Shown piece after piece: positions 12,901-25,100 of a DNA stretch of 64,000 nucleotides. The stretch is from Lingula anatina (taxonomy: Eukaryota; Animalia; Brachiopoda): assembly GCA_051362555.1 (NCBI GenBank), contig CM120641.1, positions 42,104,401-42,168,400 on the forward strand. The letters are read 5' to 3'. The position numbers were made by a program, and so were the translations under genes. The notes beneath the pieces are model-generated. The model was not told the origin of the DNA. It did no database searches and saw only the letters and a program-made list of their open reading frames with translations. Position 1 is the first letter of the stretch, and each line of letters begins with the position of its first letter.

Positions 12901-15838
12901 ATTACAATATACAATCAATAAAGGAAACATGTTTGGCAAGGCCAGAGTATAGACTTACTTGAAGCATGCAACTAAATCCTTTCAAATTAGTTATTCAGCA
13001 ATCCAATCCAGTTTTTATTGTACTTCTCTAATCAATTTAATATAAAAAGCAATATTTGATAAGCATTTTCCTCAAATAAAATGTAACTTCAATATATGAG
13101 CAAGTATTTTTAAATATTGAAGCATAATCTAGTACAGATGGAGACTTCTGAAACCTTGAATATATTTTAAATTGCAAAAACTTACCTCATTTTCTACTTT
13201 TAATTTGGCCAGCTCCTGTCCTCTTTCTTCCATTCTCTCACATTTCTGCTTCAAACTCTCCAGCTGCTCTTTTAGAAGATGTGTGTTTTCACTTGTTTCT
13301 CTGAAAATGTATCACTTAAAATCATAATTTCAAATTCATGAAGACATGATTATCGTTGTTCTTTCATTAGTAAGCATAGTCATTAGTAAGAATTACTTAA
13401 TTGTTTTTAAAAAACTCAAAATTCACTTACTTAAAATATTACTGAATTCAACATAGTAGACAATGCTTGTCATAATGTCATCAAAAGGCTGGGAAATGTA
13501 CGACCTTAAAATGCTTTACTTTTTTAAAATAAAAAAGCCTTCCTCTTGTCAGAATTTTATTTGTTGTTCAAAGCTGTATGTCAAAATTTTGATTTTTAAA
13601 GCAAATAATGTTATCAGCTATGTAATACATTCTGTGTTACAATGATAATAGTTTCTTCAAATAGAAGATATTGGAGTGTATATTCCTGAGTCACTGCTGC
13701 ATCTCAAACTATAAGAGGTTGAAAAGGAACTGTGTAAAATATGTGTCAGGTGTAACATTTGCATCACATGGTAATCATGACCACACTTCAGTACCTGTAG
13801 AACCTATTTTCTTCCCTCAGCTTTCTTGCCTCTTTCTCTAGTTCTGGTAGCTGAGTCAACTGACTTTTCATGGCTTTGGTTGTAATACCATCTTCCTCCA
13901 TCCTCTGTAGCTTCAGCTCCAGCTCCTTCAACATCCAAAACAAATTGCTATTGATTTGCTAATATGTATCACACATTTTAAATGCAAAACCTCAATTAAG
14001 AGACTGGGTTGACCTGCTAGTCTGAGACAGTATATTCCCAGTCAGGCCAGTAGATTTTTAAACAATCTGTTTGTAAAATAGAATGTGGTATGTTTGCTTG
14101 TTTTCTAATTTTTATCTAATTTGAAGTATGTACTCATGATAGTCTTTTTATTATGGTGGGGGTGCAAACAAAATCCTGATTTCATAAATTTTATAATTTC
14201 AGAATTTAAACAAATGAGAAATATGGGCGAGTCTGTATATTATATACAACATTGGCAAAAGCAACATATGAAATTTCACCTCCACACCTCAGTGATTGCA
14301 TGTGCCATACAGTTCTCATGTCATATCACAAACAGAGAGACTTATGGGATTCAACTCTAACAACTAGCCATCCCTGTTTTCAACTTGGACTTCCAAACAG
14401 TTTGTGTTACTGTCTGGCCATGTTTACAAAGACAAGTAAACACAAATACAAATTTTGATCAGTGATTGCAAAGTCAACAGACAACCAGACCTATCATGAC
14501 AACTGACCACTGACTGGGGCTTCACATGTCAAACAGAGGGTGGACAGTCTTACTATCCTTGCTACTTTTGAACTTGGAAAATACATCTCTAGATAATTGG
14601 AATTCAAAATTTTTTTAAAATCTAGAATTAAAAATATCACAAAAATTCAATAAAAATTATTTACTCAATAGCAACATAAAAGAATTTTGGAATAAATTTG
14701 CTATTTGTTTTTCTATTTATCTCCTTCTCCCCACATCAAATATTAACTTGTCCTTCAGACCATGAGGCTGTGGCAAAGTCAGATAACAGGGGATTTAAAA
14801 CTGTGGGAAACTTCATACAAGAGCAGCTTTAGATCAGAGACACCATGATGCTCACAGCGCCTCTCCTCACCATTCTCCTCACCGTGACATTGTCAACCGT
14901 CACTCACTGTCAAGTTGGAGTGACAAGTGTCCCAACATCTGGCCAAAGCACGACAAAATCACCAATAGAGAAATGCAACTGCCAGGACTATGAAGAGACT
15001 GCCAATCGCAACCTGGAGCTTATCCAAGAGGTAAGCATTAAGTGCGACAGCACCTGCAGTCAAGGCTCTGCCGTCCAACAGCAGCAAATCAACGCACTGA
15101 AAAATCAAACTCGCGAAATGGAGCTGCGCCTCATGCAAGAAATTCTAACCAGACAGGCCATGGAGAACAAAATGACTGCCGAGATTGAAAGCCTGAAGAA
15201 GACTGTTGCCAATCAACAGGTTCAGATTAGCCAGGCGAGTGCCACAGGTAAGTTTGCAAGAAAGAATTTTGAAATCCAGAAAGGTGTGTATGGCGTTAAA
15301 AGTTCTAACATCTATGATGTTGAGAAAAAGATGAGCTGATACCTTTTGGTACAAAAACAATGCACTTAGTGAAGTACTGATCACATTGCATATCTTGTTT
15401 TATCAACATAGATTGTCTGCTGTTCTTAAGGAGGTCCAGTAGTTATTTTTTTTTTCTGCATCAAAAGGTATCAGTTAATCAATCTCTCATTTTATTCTAA
15501 CTCATACTAGCAACCAAAATATTCACAAAATGTCCAAGTCAATTTCATTTTTTTCTGATTCCATACACAAGTGTCTCCAATGCCCTTTTATTCACTTTGT
15601 TTCATGAGTTTGCCTTTTTCTCTATTAATCAGGACCATCTAAGTGGACCCTGGTGTTCAAAGGCGTGGCAGGTGCTGGCGGGGGAAGCCTGGGCAAACTG
15701 TGGCAGTCAGACAGTGCACTGAATGAAGACATCAAGGCAGCCCAGGAACTGAACACTAACTACAAGCACCATTATAAGTCTGCTGCAGTGAATAACTGGA
15801 AGAACCAGAACATCAAATATGTAAGCTGGCAATATATG

Positions 15839-15909
<71 letters not shown>

Positions 15910-18900
15910 TGTGTGTGTGGGGGGGGGGCTACTTGAACAAGTTATCATGATGGTGTTAGTTGGAACTACTGGGATGAGTTACCACTATTCTGAAAAAAAA
16001 ATCTTTGTTGTGAAAAAATTCAGACAATATTACCTAGACTAAGATATTTTAGATTTTTAGATTTTTTATTTCTGTATCAATTTAGGTGAAGGTGGTGCTG
16101 TATCAGGCTGGCATTGAGCGGCTTGTCCTTGTTTTTAATGCCATAGGCAGTGACAAGATGACCTGGTTCAGCAAGGATCGCCTGATTTCCTCTCCATATG
16201 CAGACATTTTGCAGCCATATGATACAAACAGACATGGCTACTACTTCAGTATTATTGGAGATAATAATGGGTATAGTAACACAGCCTCAGGCACAATATA
16301 GCTGAGTGTATGTGCATGTTTACATGAATTCAAACAAGCTTGTGTCTCAACAGATTATTAAAAAAGACCAGTCCTGATAAAGATATGCATCACAAGAGTA
16401 AGAGTCCCTTATTGCCAAGTACCCAGGAAATATAAAAATTATTTTCCTGTATTACATCATTTTTGTAACATTTTACATCACCTATGAAAAATCCTAGAAT
16501 CGCCTTTCCTGAAATTGTGTAATACCAAAATAAAGTAATTCAATTTTTCTGTTACCAGATGAAACATTTTCACTCAAGGACAAAAAAGAAAAGCACAAAA
16601 ACTCCAGGAAAACACCTACCAAGGGGATACAAGGCTTATCAAATAAAATTTTAACATAAAGGCATTTCACATCATATTGCAGAGCTGTTGTCAGAGAATT
16701 CTACATACACAGGGATTATAATGGGTGTGGATCGGATTTTGGATGGCTGGTCGTGGTCAACAAAGGCTCTGCACCTTGTGATTACGAGAACTTCACCAGT
16801 TACCCACAATTCCTGTATGCCCCTGGATCATTTGGCAGACACTTTGGAAAAGGTGAGTTTTAAGATAATAGAATCTTTCATTTTTCTTTCAGACATCTCA
16901 TACATGTAAGTATTGTTAAGGATAAAATAGGCAAATTTGTGAATGAGAAGTATTCCATAATATCAGTGTTTTTAAATAGTATTTCTAATAGAAATTATTT
17001 AGTCAACTTCACTTTTGCCATCCGTTTCAATTAATGTACATGTCACAGGCCATATGCTCATTATGCTATCCCAATTGGGATCTGGCCCGGATCAGTTAGT
17101 AACTGGACTAGATTGGAATCTGGCCTGTGACTTACACGTTGTCAAGATCAGTATTTAAATACAGACCTTTAATTTTCAAAAATATCAGCAAGTTATATAA
17201 ACCTACTTTCCCTTTATTTTATTTTCTTTTTTCTTACAAAAATCAAATTCTTATAATATTGTAATAATTTATCCATGAAGCCTTGGTAAGTGTTTTGCTC
17301 TCAAACAAATATCAAACTGTTTGTTCAAAATCTTCAAAATGAAACCTTATTTAAACTTCAGGCTCACAAGGCCAGGCTGACATGATGGCCATTTTTACAG
17401 CAACCGAATAGAAAAACAAAAAGTGGATGTGACACTGCTCACTGCCTCAACTGAAGAACAAGGACGCCCAATAGGACAACAACTAGATTAGGACCCATAG
17501 ATATTGACCATGGAATCACAATTCTGATATCAAAGAACAAGAATCAGGACTATTACTCAGAAATTGTCCCAACTTTCAATTTCCTTTAATTGTTCTCTAT
17601 GATGATTTCACATGCATAAAAATCCAATTTTAAAAGGAAGCATTCCTGACAGAAGAAGCTACAAATATCAAGTTGAATAAAAACAAATTTAGTCTTTCAA
17701 AAATAGAAAGGGATACTATCTTCCCTTAATTTTAAATTCTGTCTTAAAGGAAATACGGCCTGTAATAATTAGAAATTTATCATTAATTTGTGAAAGTGAG
17801 AAATCAATAAATCATTCTTTAGCCAAATAAGCATTTTGTTACTTTCAATTCACTGGCACAGCTCCAGTTATTTTGTCTTACCTTAATCTTCTGATCAGCT
17901 TTTAATTTCTCTGCATTTTCTAAGATATTGGAAGCACCTCGACTGCGCCTGATATTAAAAAATAATAATAATTTTAAAAAAAACTAAAAAAAAAAACAAA
18001 AAACGTCCACTTTGGAACAACACCATTTTAAAAAAATTATGGCAAATATCTTACAGAATACAAGAATACTGTTGTATTTTCTGAGCAAAAATTGGGCAGA
18101 CATTAGAAAAAATATTGACAATAAAACATGCTGTCAGCACAAGCCTGAATCTACTACTTCTTTAGACAGCACAGAATTATTATGCCATCATTAAACAAAT
18201 AGGATACAATATGCACTTACTCTTTGTACATTCTAAATTTTTCTTTAGTCTCATCTAATTCATTTTGTTTAATCTTCAACTCCGTCTGCTGCCTCATAAT
18301 ATGGTTGTTCAATTCTGTAACCTTACTCCTTGATGCCTCTTGTACCTGCAAAGACAAAAGAATCAAACTGTTGAAGATTTCAACGACTGATGATGACTAA
18401 ACTTTAAACATTTGGTTAAAAATACAATACTGATTCGTAAAACTAACAGCAAATTATTTCATAAATTCAAAATGATTCATAAAAAAATAAGCAAAATAAA
18501 ATCTCTTCATCACACATCTGAAATGCAAGATTTTTCATCATTTTTTCTCCTAAATCAAATAAAATGTTTTTTTTTCTTTTAAAAAATGACCCAATATCCC
18601 AGACAATAACTCTGCATTAGTCTCACCTCTTCTAATTCATTCTCCAGTTTATACTTCTCTTTCTGCAACCCAAGAAGCTTTTGGTCCTGGCTCGTCTTGG
18701 TCTTGGAGAGTGTCTGCTTGCACTCCTCCAGCTCCTCTTGCAACCTCTTCTCTCTCTCAGCAATAAAATGCAGCTGGTTTTTCAGTTCAGTTATTTGTTC
18801 CGATTCTCTCTAAAAGAAGAAAACTAATAAAACAGTCCTCAAAAGCATAAGTAAAATTCAGCATGAAATGACTCCTTGTTGAAATGAGCTTTGTCTTTAT

Positions 18901-20027
18901 GGTGAATAACCATCTAATTTAGAAAAAAAATTAATTGATCTGCTAGTCTGCCATTATTTCTAATACCATTCTCCTCCAAATCCTGCACAATATTGATTTC
19001 ACTGTGAAGTTGTGAGACAACTGGATTATCCCAATTGTCTTATAAGTTCTAAATAACTATTTCTGTGTAAATATAAATGATAAATATACCATTAATGATG
19101 GAACAAATATCCTCTTACACATTAAATCCCCTTTAATTAAATATCTCACAACAATGAACTAATGCTATGTCGCAGATAACCACAGATAAATAACCAAAAA
19201 ATTGTAAAATCCTTTTCCAAGATTTTTACTACAGGGAATGCTAATTAGCAAGTGGACAAAACTCTGACTAGCTTGCGTAAACCACATGAACTTACCATGC
19301 GCTCCAGCTTCACCTGGCCCAAGTCTCTGTCATACTCCACTCTTGCCCTCTTGTTGCTGGCCTCCACGGCTGCCAGCTGTAACTCAAGCTTCGTGATGTA
19401 TCCCTTGGCTGCAATCAAATCTGCCCGTAGCTTCTGGTCCTCCTTCTGCTTCTCTGATATCAGAAATAACAAATATGGATACACATTACTAAGCTTAGGG
19501 ATATGAGTGGAATGGATTTATCTAGACACTGAAGATGGCACATATACAGGCATTTAACGGGCAATGTTTTTCAAAATGGATTCAATGATATCTATTCTAG
19601 GCAAAATGGATGACAAAAGCATTTTTCAAAGATTTGAATGGTGATGGCAACAACAACAACAACAGCGAAAACACAGACAGACACAGTGTTCACCATATAT
19701 TACTTGTAGTCATTTACAGTGTCTCTATTTCAGAAGGGGAGACAAGACATTAATTTCATATGCAATCAAACTGAAGTACTGAAATATTGTTTTCCTCGTA
19801 CTTTAAACAGCCAAGTTGAAATGCAGAGCAGAAGAGGAATGGGTTACAGAGGCCTCAAACTTACCCAAAACTGACTGCATTGAAACTGCACTGCCTCTAC
19901 TAATGTCAAGTGAGGCGGTTTGATCAAAATTTATCCTACCACTGGCAGACCCACTTTGAGATGAAATAAAAGCATCAAAATCACGCTTCATGCGAATCAC
20001 AGCTGTGTTGTCATCTGGCGTATCCAT
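9210..20027 (-). CDS. MAD1L1: Mitotic spindle assembly checkpoint protein MAD1 (726 aa, 16 coding exons)
   Basis: Exons 19865-20027, 19296-19453, 18627-18809, 18221-18345, 17882-17948, 13795-13925, 13186-13300, 12801-12862, 12247-12333, 11785-11929, 11307-11501, 10790-10878, 10522-10612, 9985-10207, 9598-9788 and 9210-9365 total 2181 nt with compatible phases. The protein has a long coiled coil, the Mad2-binding motif GDYDPTKTKVLHFSMNP and a C-terminal domain EFREVCYQLTGYKID...SIPAFLSSVTLDLFSRQT. A likely non-coding first exon has its donor at 20249/20250. Confidence 0.95.
9887..9930. repeat. (CA)n microsatellite
   Basis: CA run in a MAD1L1 intron. Confidence 0.95.
14845..17411 (+). CDS. Nested antisense gene: secreted 331-aa protein (signal peptide, CxC/CxxxC, coiled coil, ~195-aa C-terminal globular domain of unknown function)
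   Basis: Exons 14845-15247, 15633-15820, 16086-16270, 16683-16852 and 17362-17411 total 996 nt, all GT-AG and in frame. The N-terminus MMLTAPLLTILLTVTLSTVTHC is hydrophobic. The C-domain reads WTLVFKGVAG...HYKS...WFSKDRLISSPY...FYIHRDYNGCGSDFGWLVV...C. AATAAA occurs at 17676 and 17806. The gene lies wholly inside MAD1L1 intron 13926-17881. Confidence 0.88.
15841..15919. repeat. (GT)n microsatellite followed by a G run
   Basis: Long GT run in intron 2 of the nested gene. Confidence 0.95.
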
Positions 20028-20249
20028 TCTGCACTTTTACAATTTATTCTGCAATAATAATAAAAAGACGTATCACAAAATATGAACAAGCTTCAACTTC
20101 CATATTAGGTTGTTTTATCGGTTTATTAATCATATGACGATTTACGACACTCGTTTACGAACCAATCAAGGTGACAGCCGCGCGTGCTAGCAGGGGCAGT
20201 ACTACCACCAGTATTATAAACGTCTCGAGACTAAACTTGGAAAACTTAC

Positions 20250-20765
20250 ACTTCCAAGACCGTTTCCTACAACAAGAAGACCATCGTTCTAACGCTTGCC
20301 GTTCCGTCGTTTATGTTGAACTCGAATACGAACAAAATCCCACCCAGCAGTTAAGTTTCTGACCAAACGAACGAGATATAGAAGACAATTCAAGGAAACG
20401 AACAGATTGAATTTATGCGGCCCGCCATGACAGGTCAATCCCGCAGCTCGTGATGAAAAAAATTTTAAAAATTTGTTTTGCAACTTTTTCTCATGCACAT
20501 TTGAACCATGCACATAACATTACAATATACAACAAAATAAAGTACACGACATCAAAATATATTGGTAATATAACCACTTTGTAGATTGTTCTTTATTAAA
20601 TGCTGGACGTTTTGATGGTGTTTGACCTCTGACCCCTGACCTACTGTAGAGCATAATATAAACAAAGCGCACCACTTGCGAGTAATTTGACGTTCGCAAT
20701 ACTGCTAGAGTTACACGAAGAAAGAAGAACTACGTTGTGTCATTGTTGATCAAGATCCTGGGGAG
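20250..20765. promoter_or_regulatory. Bidirectional (head-to-head) promoter region shared by MAD1L1 and ABAT
   Basis: About 0.5 kb separates the MAD1L1 5'-exon donor (20249) from the ABAT ATG (20766), and the interval is locally CpG-rich. Motifs seen: TATAAA at 20657, tandem TGACCT/TGACCC half-sites at 20623-20642, TTTGAA (CHR-like) at ~20500 and TCCCGC (E2F/CDE-like) at ~20439. Confidence 0.7.
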
Positions 20766-22078
20766 ATGCTTCGAAGACTGTATTCTGTGCCTGTACAGCA
20801 CTTAACAAAATCAGGTAAGCAGAATCTAGTATAATTTTTAATCAATATTTATAATCACATTACAACTCATTAACACAACAGTATTGTGTACCAGTACGCG
20901 TACAATGAAAATAGTGTTCAGGAGTCACATTTTCAGATTTAATTTTTGGTCGTTTTTTTTATCTCATCGAATGCAAAAGATGTTTATATTCCACCGGCAG
21001 CAAGGTGCACGGTTTGCTCAGAATCTCACTCAGCGGGGCCTGTACGCAATGTACTATATCACCCGGTAGTAACCGTACCGGTAATTGTTAAAAAAAATAG
21101 CAGAGCTGACCAGTCTATTATTAAGAATTAGAAAGTTTATATGTAATCGCACAGTAAATAAAAGATAGAAAACTTCAAATGATAAAAAATTCACCTATAT
21201 ACTGCCTGGTGCACAGCACGATATTTTTATGCGATAAGCCTATAGACCAGCAATAGACCACCTGTTTGTTTAAACTAGATCAGGGGATGGGGGGAACCGG
21301 TTTCGTCTGGTTCTTGAACGGTGTTTACTGGTTCCAGTTGCCAGCGAACACTACGCCTCTGACCCAAAAATAAATTCACTGGTGGAGTCATATGTAGTGC
21401 AGTGATAATGATATTGATTTATGAGGGGGAATTGCAGACAAAAAGTTGAAGTTGTATATAAATAATGCTTATTAGTTGTACATAAATAATGTTTATTCAT
21501 TTTTTATTGATTATTTGTTCTAATTATATTTTTTAAAATGTCAGGATAGTCATAATTTGAACTGGTGACATGACAGTTATTGACCTTTTTTCAACAAAAC
21601 TTTGCTCACAGGAATGAAGCTGATAATTTAAAATAGGCATTCTGATAATAAGGTCACTGCTGTTCATGATGAACAATGCTCATTCTATCAATATTGCAAG
21701 GCCTGATTGATTGTATGGTGTATTTTGTTCTATTTCAGTCCGCAGTCAGTTCACCAGTGCTCAGACTATTGATGTGGAGTCTCTTGTCCCCAATGAGTAC
21801 GAGGCACCTTGTATGAAGACACCTGTTCCGGGCCCCAGATCAAAAGCACTTTGTGCTGATCTGGATGATGTCAATGCTGTAAGAGATATAATTCTGCAGA
21901 CACTGAATTTGCAAGTGCATGCTTGCTTTTATTAAGCTCACATGATTAATAGTCATGTATATTCTTAAGTATTTATACGCACTTTCAGGATACAAACTTG
22001 TATGTGCTCATATGCCATTAACCTGCATTGTGCATAATGATTAAAATGTTTTCACATGCATGTAGGCACTTGCACGGA

Positions 22079-22129
<51 letters not shown>

Positions 22130-25100
22130 GTTGACATCAGTCATGAGTTCTGAGATGATATCTGCGACAAGCTGCATTTTTGGGCATTTTTTTCAATGTA
22201 AAAAAAATCTAGGCTGCCCGGTCTTGCATGCTCCAATAATCTGCTTGTCGCCCTCATGAGCTTTAAAAGAGGTCAAGGCTTTGGTGTGAGGCCTAGCTAT
22301 TGCCTATTTTATATGTTATGTACTCTGGGGTTTATCTGCTGCCTTGTGTTATAGTATCATATGTCAGATTGTAACTGCTGGAGTTCCATTTTATTAATAC
22401 TGATGACATGGCTACAACATATACCTTTATTATATAGAAGATGAAAATATACTTGCACCATGATAGGCAAGAAATTGACAAATTAAAAAATGTATTTTCT
22501 AGGGCTCTCTAAAGTTGGATCAAATGAAAAATAAACCAAAGTTTTAATATAATATTACCCTTACAGTTTATTTGTTAAAACTGGTTAGTATTTAATACTA
22601 GTCTTTCTCCCTATATGACAGAATGAGATGATATTAGAATAACACAAATTTTCCATGATTGGTATAATAGTAAGTTTACACTGTCAATCAGCTCAAATCA
22701 AACGAGCAATTAAGATTACATAAAAATTTTCTTAAAAATCCTAAAAAGAAAGCAGAGGCCGATTTAGAGGGGGGTCTGGGGAGTCCTGACCCTTCCCCCC
22801 CCCCCTGGGATTTCGGAAAATCCAATGGCCCCCTCTTGAAATAAGAATTTTGACTAGCTGAATCAGAGTTCTAAACCACCAAATGGCACCGTTTGCCCTC
22901 TAAAATACCAAATTTTTTTCAGGGCCCTTTAGCGGGTCTTGAACCCCATGCCAAGGGGGTTGGGGAGTTCTGCTTTGCATTGGCGGACCCCCCCCCTTCA
23001 AATATTCTTGGATCTGCCCCTGGAAAGGTACAGTGTAATTACAGGTAAACAGGTTTAGGTAAAGGTAATTATAATGCAAAGTGGTATGAATTGCGTCTCC
23101 AGCTGTCACATCTCTAAAAAAAAAGTGATTTACAAAGATTAGGGTGCAGTACAAGCTGTACCACATTTGTTCGGAATCCAAACATAAAATTCACATTACA
23201 GCTTAACAACCACCTACTAGTACTAGTAACCCTCCTCAACTGTTTCAATAACAGTACTGTAGTTACATGTCAAGTTCTCTGCTTTATGTGCTATTATCAT
23301 ATTGATTTTAAGTACTATTCAGACAGCATACGTGACATGATTATATATAACCTGCACATTGTGATCATGTTGTTGGATTTGTTACCATAAAACATTTCCA
23401 CTGACTGCCTGTTGCTAAATACTGTAAATTCAAATTATGTAATTACACATAAAAATGCTAAAGATGCTACTCAATAGCTGTGTGAACATAAAGAGTTGAA
23501 TTAAGAGGTTTAGTGACCTTGAAGTTTGCATTTCTTTGATGTTGGCATGATTTTCAGTCATATTTGATAGGGAACCCATATTGCACCATATATATGCAGG
23601 ACACATCTGAATTAATGAACCTGCCAAGAAGTATTATGATATAGAAATAAAACCTATAGGAAGCTCTATAAAAAAAAGGATTTTTATTGTTTTAGATTTG
23701 ACCGTGCAAAGATTTTTCTTCTAGAAAACAATAAAGTCAGCTTATCAATTTTTTCTTCATGTTTACCTTGTTGTTACATTACACATCAATATTATGTTTT
23801 AGTACAAATAATGTTTCACAACAGACTGCTTGCCTGGAAATGGTATTATAACAATACAGTCTGCTAACTTGCAAACTCTAACAAAATTTCCAGTCCCAAA
23901 GTGTGCAAGTTATAGGGTATCAGATGCATTTTAGTAATCAATTAATTATTTCAGAATATCGGCCATGTCCATTTCTTTGTGAACTATGAAGCCAGCCGGG
24001 GGAACTACATTGTGGATGCAGATGGCAATGTTTTGTTGGACCTGTTCACACAGATATCATCAGTGCCACTTGGTAGGTACATCTGGTACAGGAATGAGGT
24101 ATGTTTGATATAGGAATGAGGTATGTTTGGTACAGGGATGAGGTACATTTGGTGGGGGCCAGAGCAATAGTCCGAAGGTTCAATAGTCCAAAGGTTCATT
24201 GGTCCGAATGTTCGAATTCACTATAGAACCTTTGGACCAATGAACCCTTGATTAAAAAAAAAAACATTGAAAATGTTACCATTTTTCGGACCAATGAACC
24301 ATTCGGACGATCGAGACCCCCCCCTTCCATTTGGTGTTGGTATGAGGTATATATGGTACAGGATTGAATTATGGTGCTGGTATGAGGCATACGTATCTCT
24401 GGCATAGAAATTGGGTATATTTGTTGCAGCAATTGGGTGTTTCTGCATGAGTAAAGAATGTTAGATTTTAGGTTTAATTAGTGGAATTTTTTTTTACGGT
24501 TGGTAACAGTTTGAACCCTTCACTAACTTATCAGTAGTCATAGTATTATACCTCGCTATTTATTCTTCATACTTTCCATGTTTCATTCTCTGGTGTTACC
24601 CTTGTTTTGGGGCCATAGCAATAGTCCGAAGGTTCAATGGACTGAAGGTTCATTGGTCCAAATTTTCACTATAGAACCTTCAGATCAACGGACCCTTGAT
24701 TAAAAAACTGATGAAAATATTATGATTTTTCGGACCAGTGAAGCTTTAGACTATCGAGATGTCCCCCTTGTTTTGAACTTACAGCTGCACAGGTTTCTGA
24801 GGATGTATTTGATATTAATGAAGAACCAGTTGTTGTATTAGGTTGAAATGTGTCTGGATTGACAAAATTGAATGTTTGCAGATGGTTTTGAACATTATAG
24901 GTGCATTGCATAACTTTCATCTGTAATACAAGGCATGTAGGAAACAAATTTTAAGTAATGTGCTATTAACCATTTGGAAAAAATTGCAGTGAGGGTGTGA
25001 AATGAATTATGCTTAGCCCTCCTGTGCTTATGACTGATGTGGTTGTCAAAGGTGAAATGGCTAACCCCTCCCTCTCCAGCCCCTACCCCTATGAATACAT

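Noticed and set aside
15653-16042. ORF with a CVCVCV run suggesting a Cys-rich protein
   Set aside because: It is read-through of exon 2 of the nested gene into an intronic (GT)n microsatellite.
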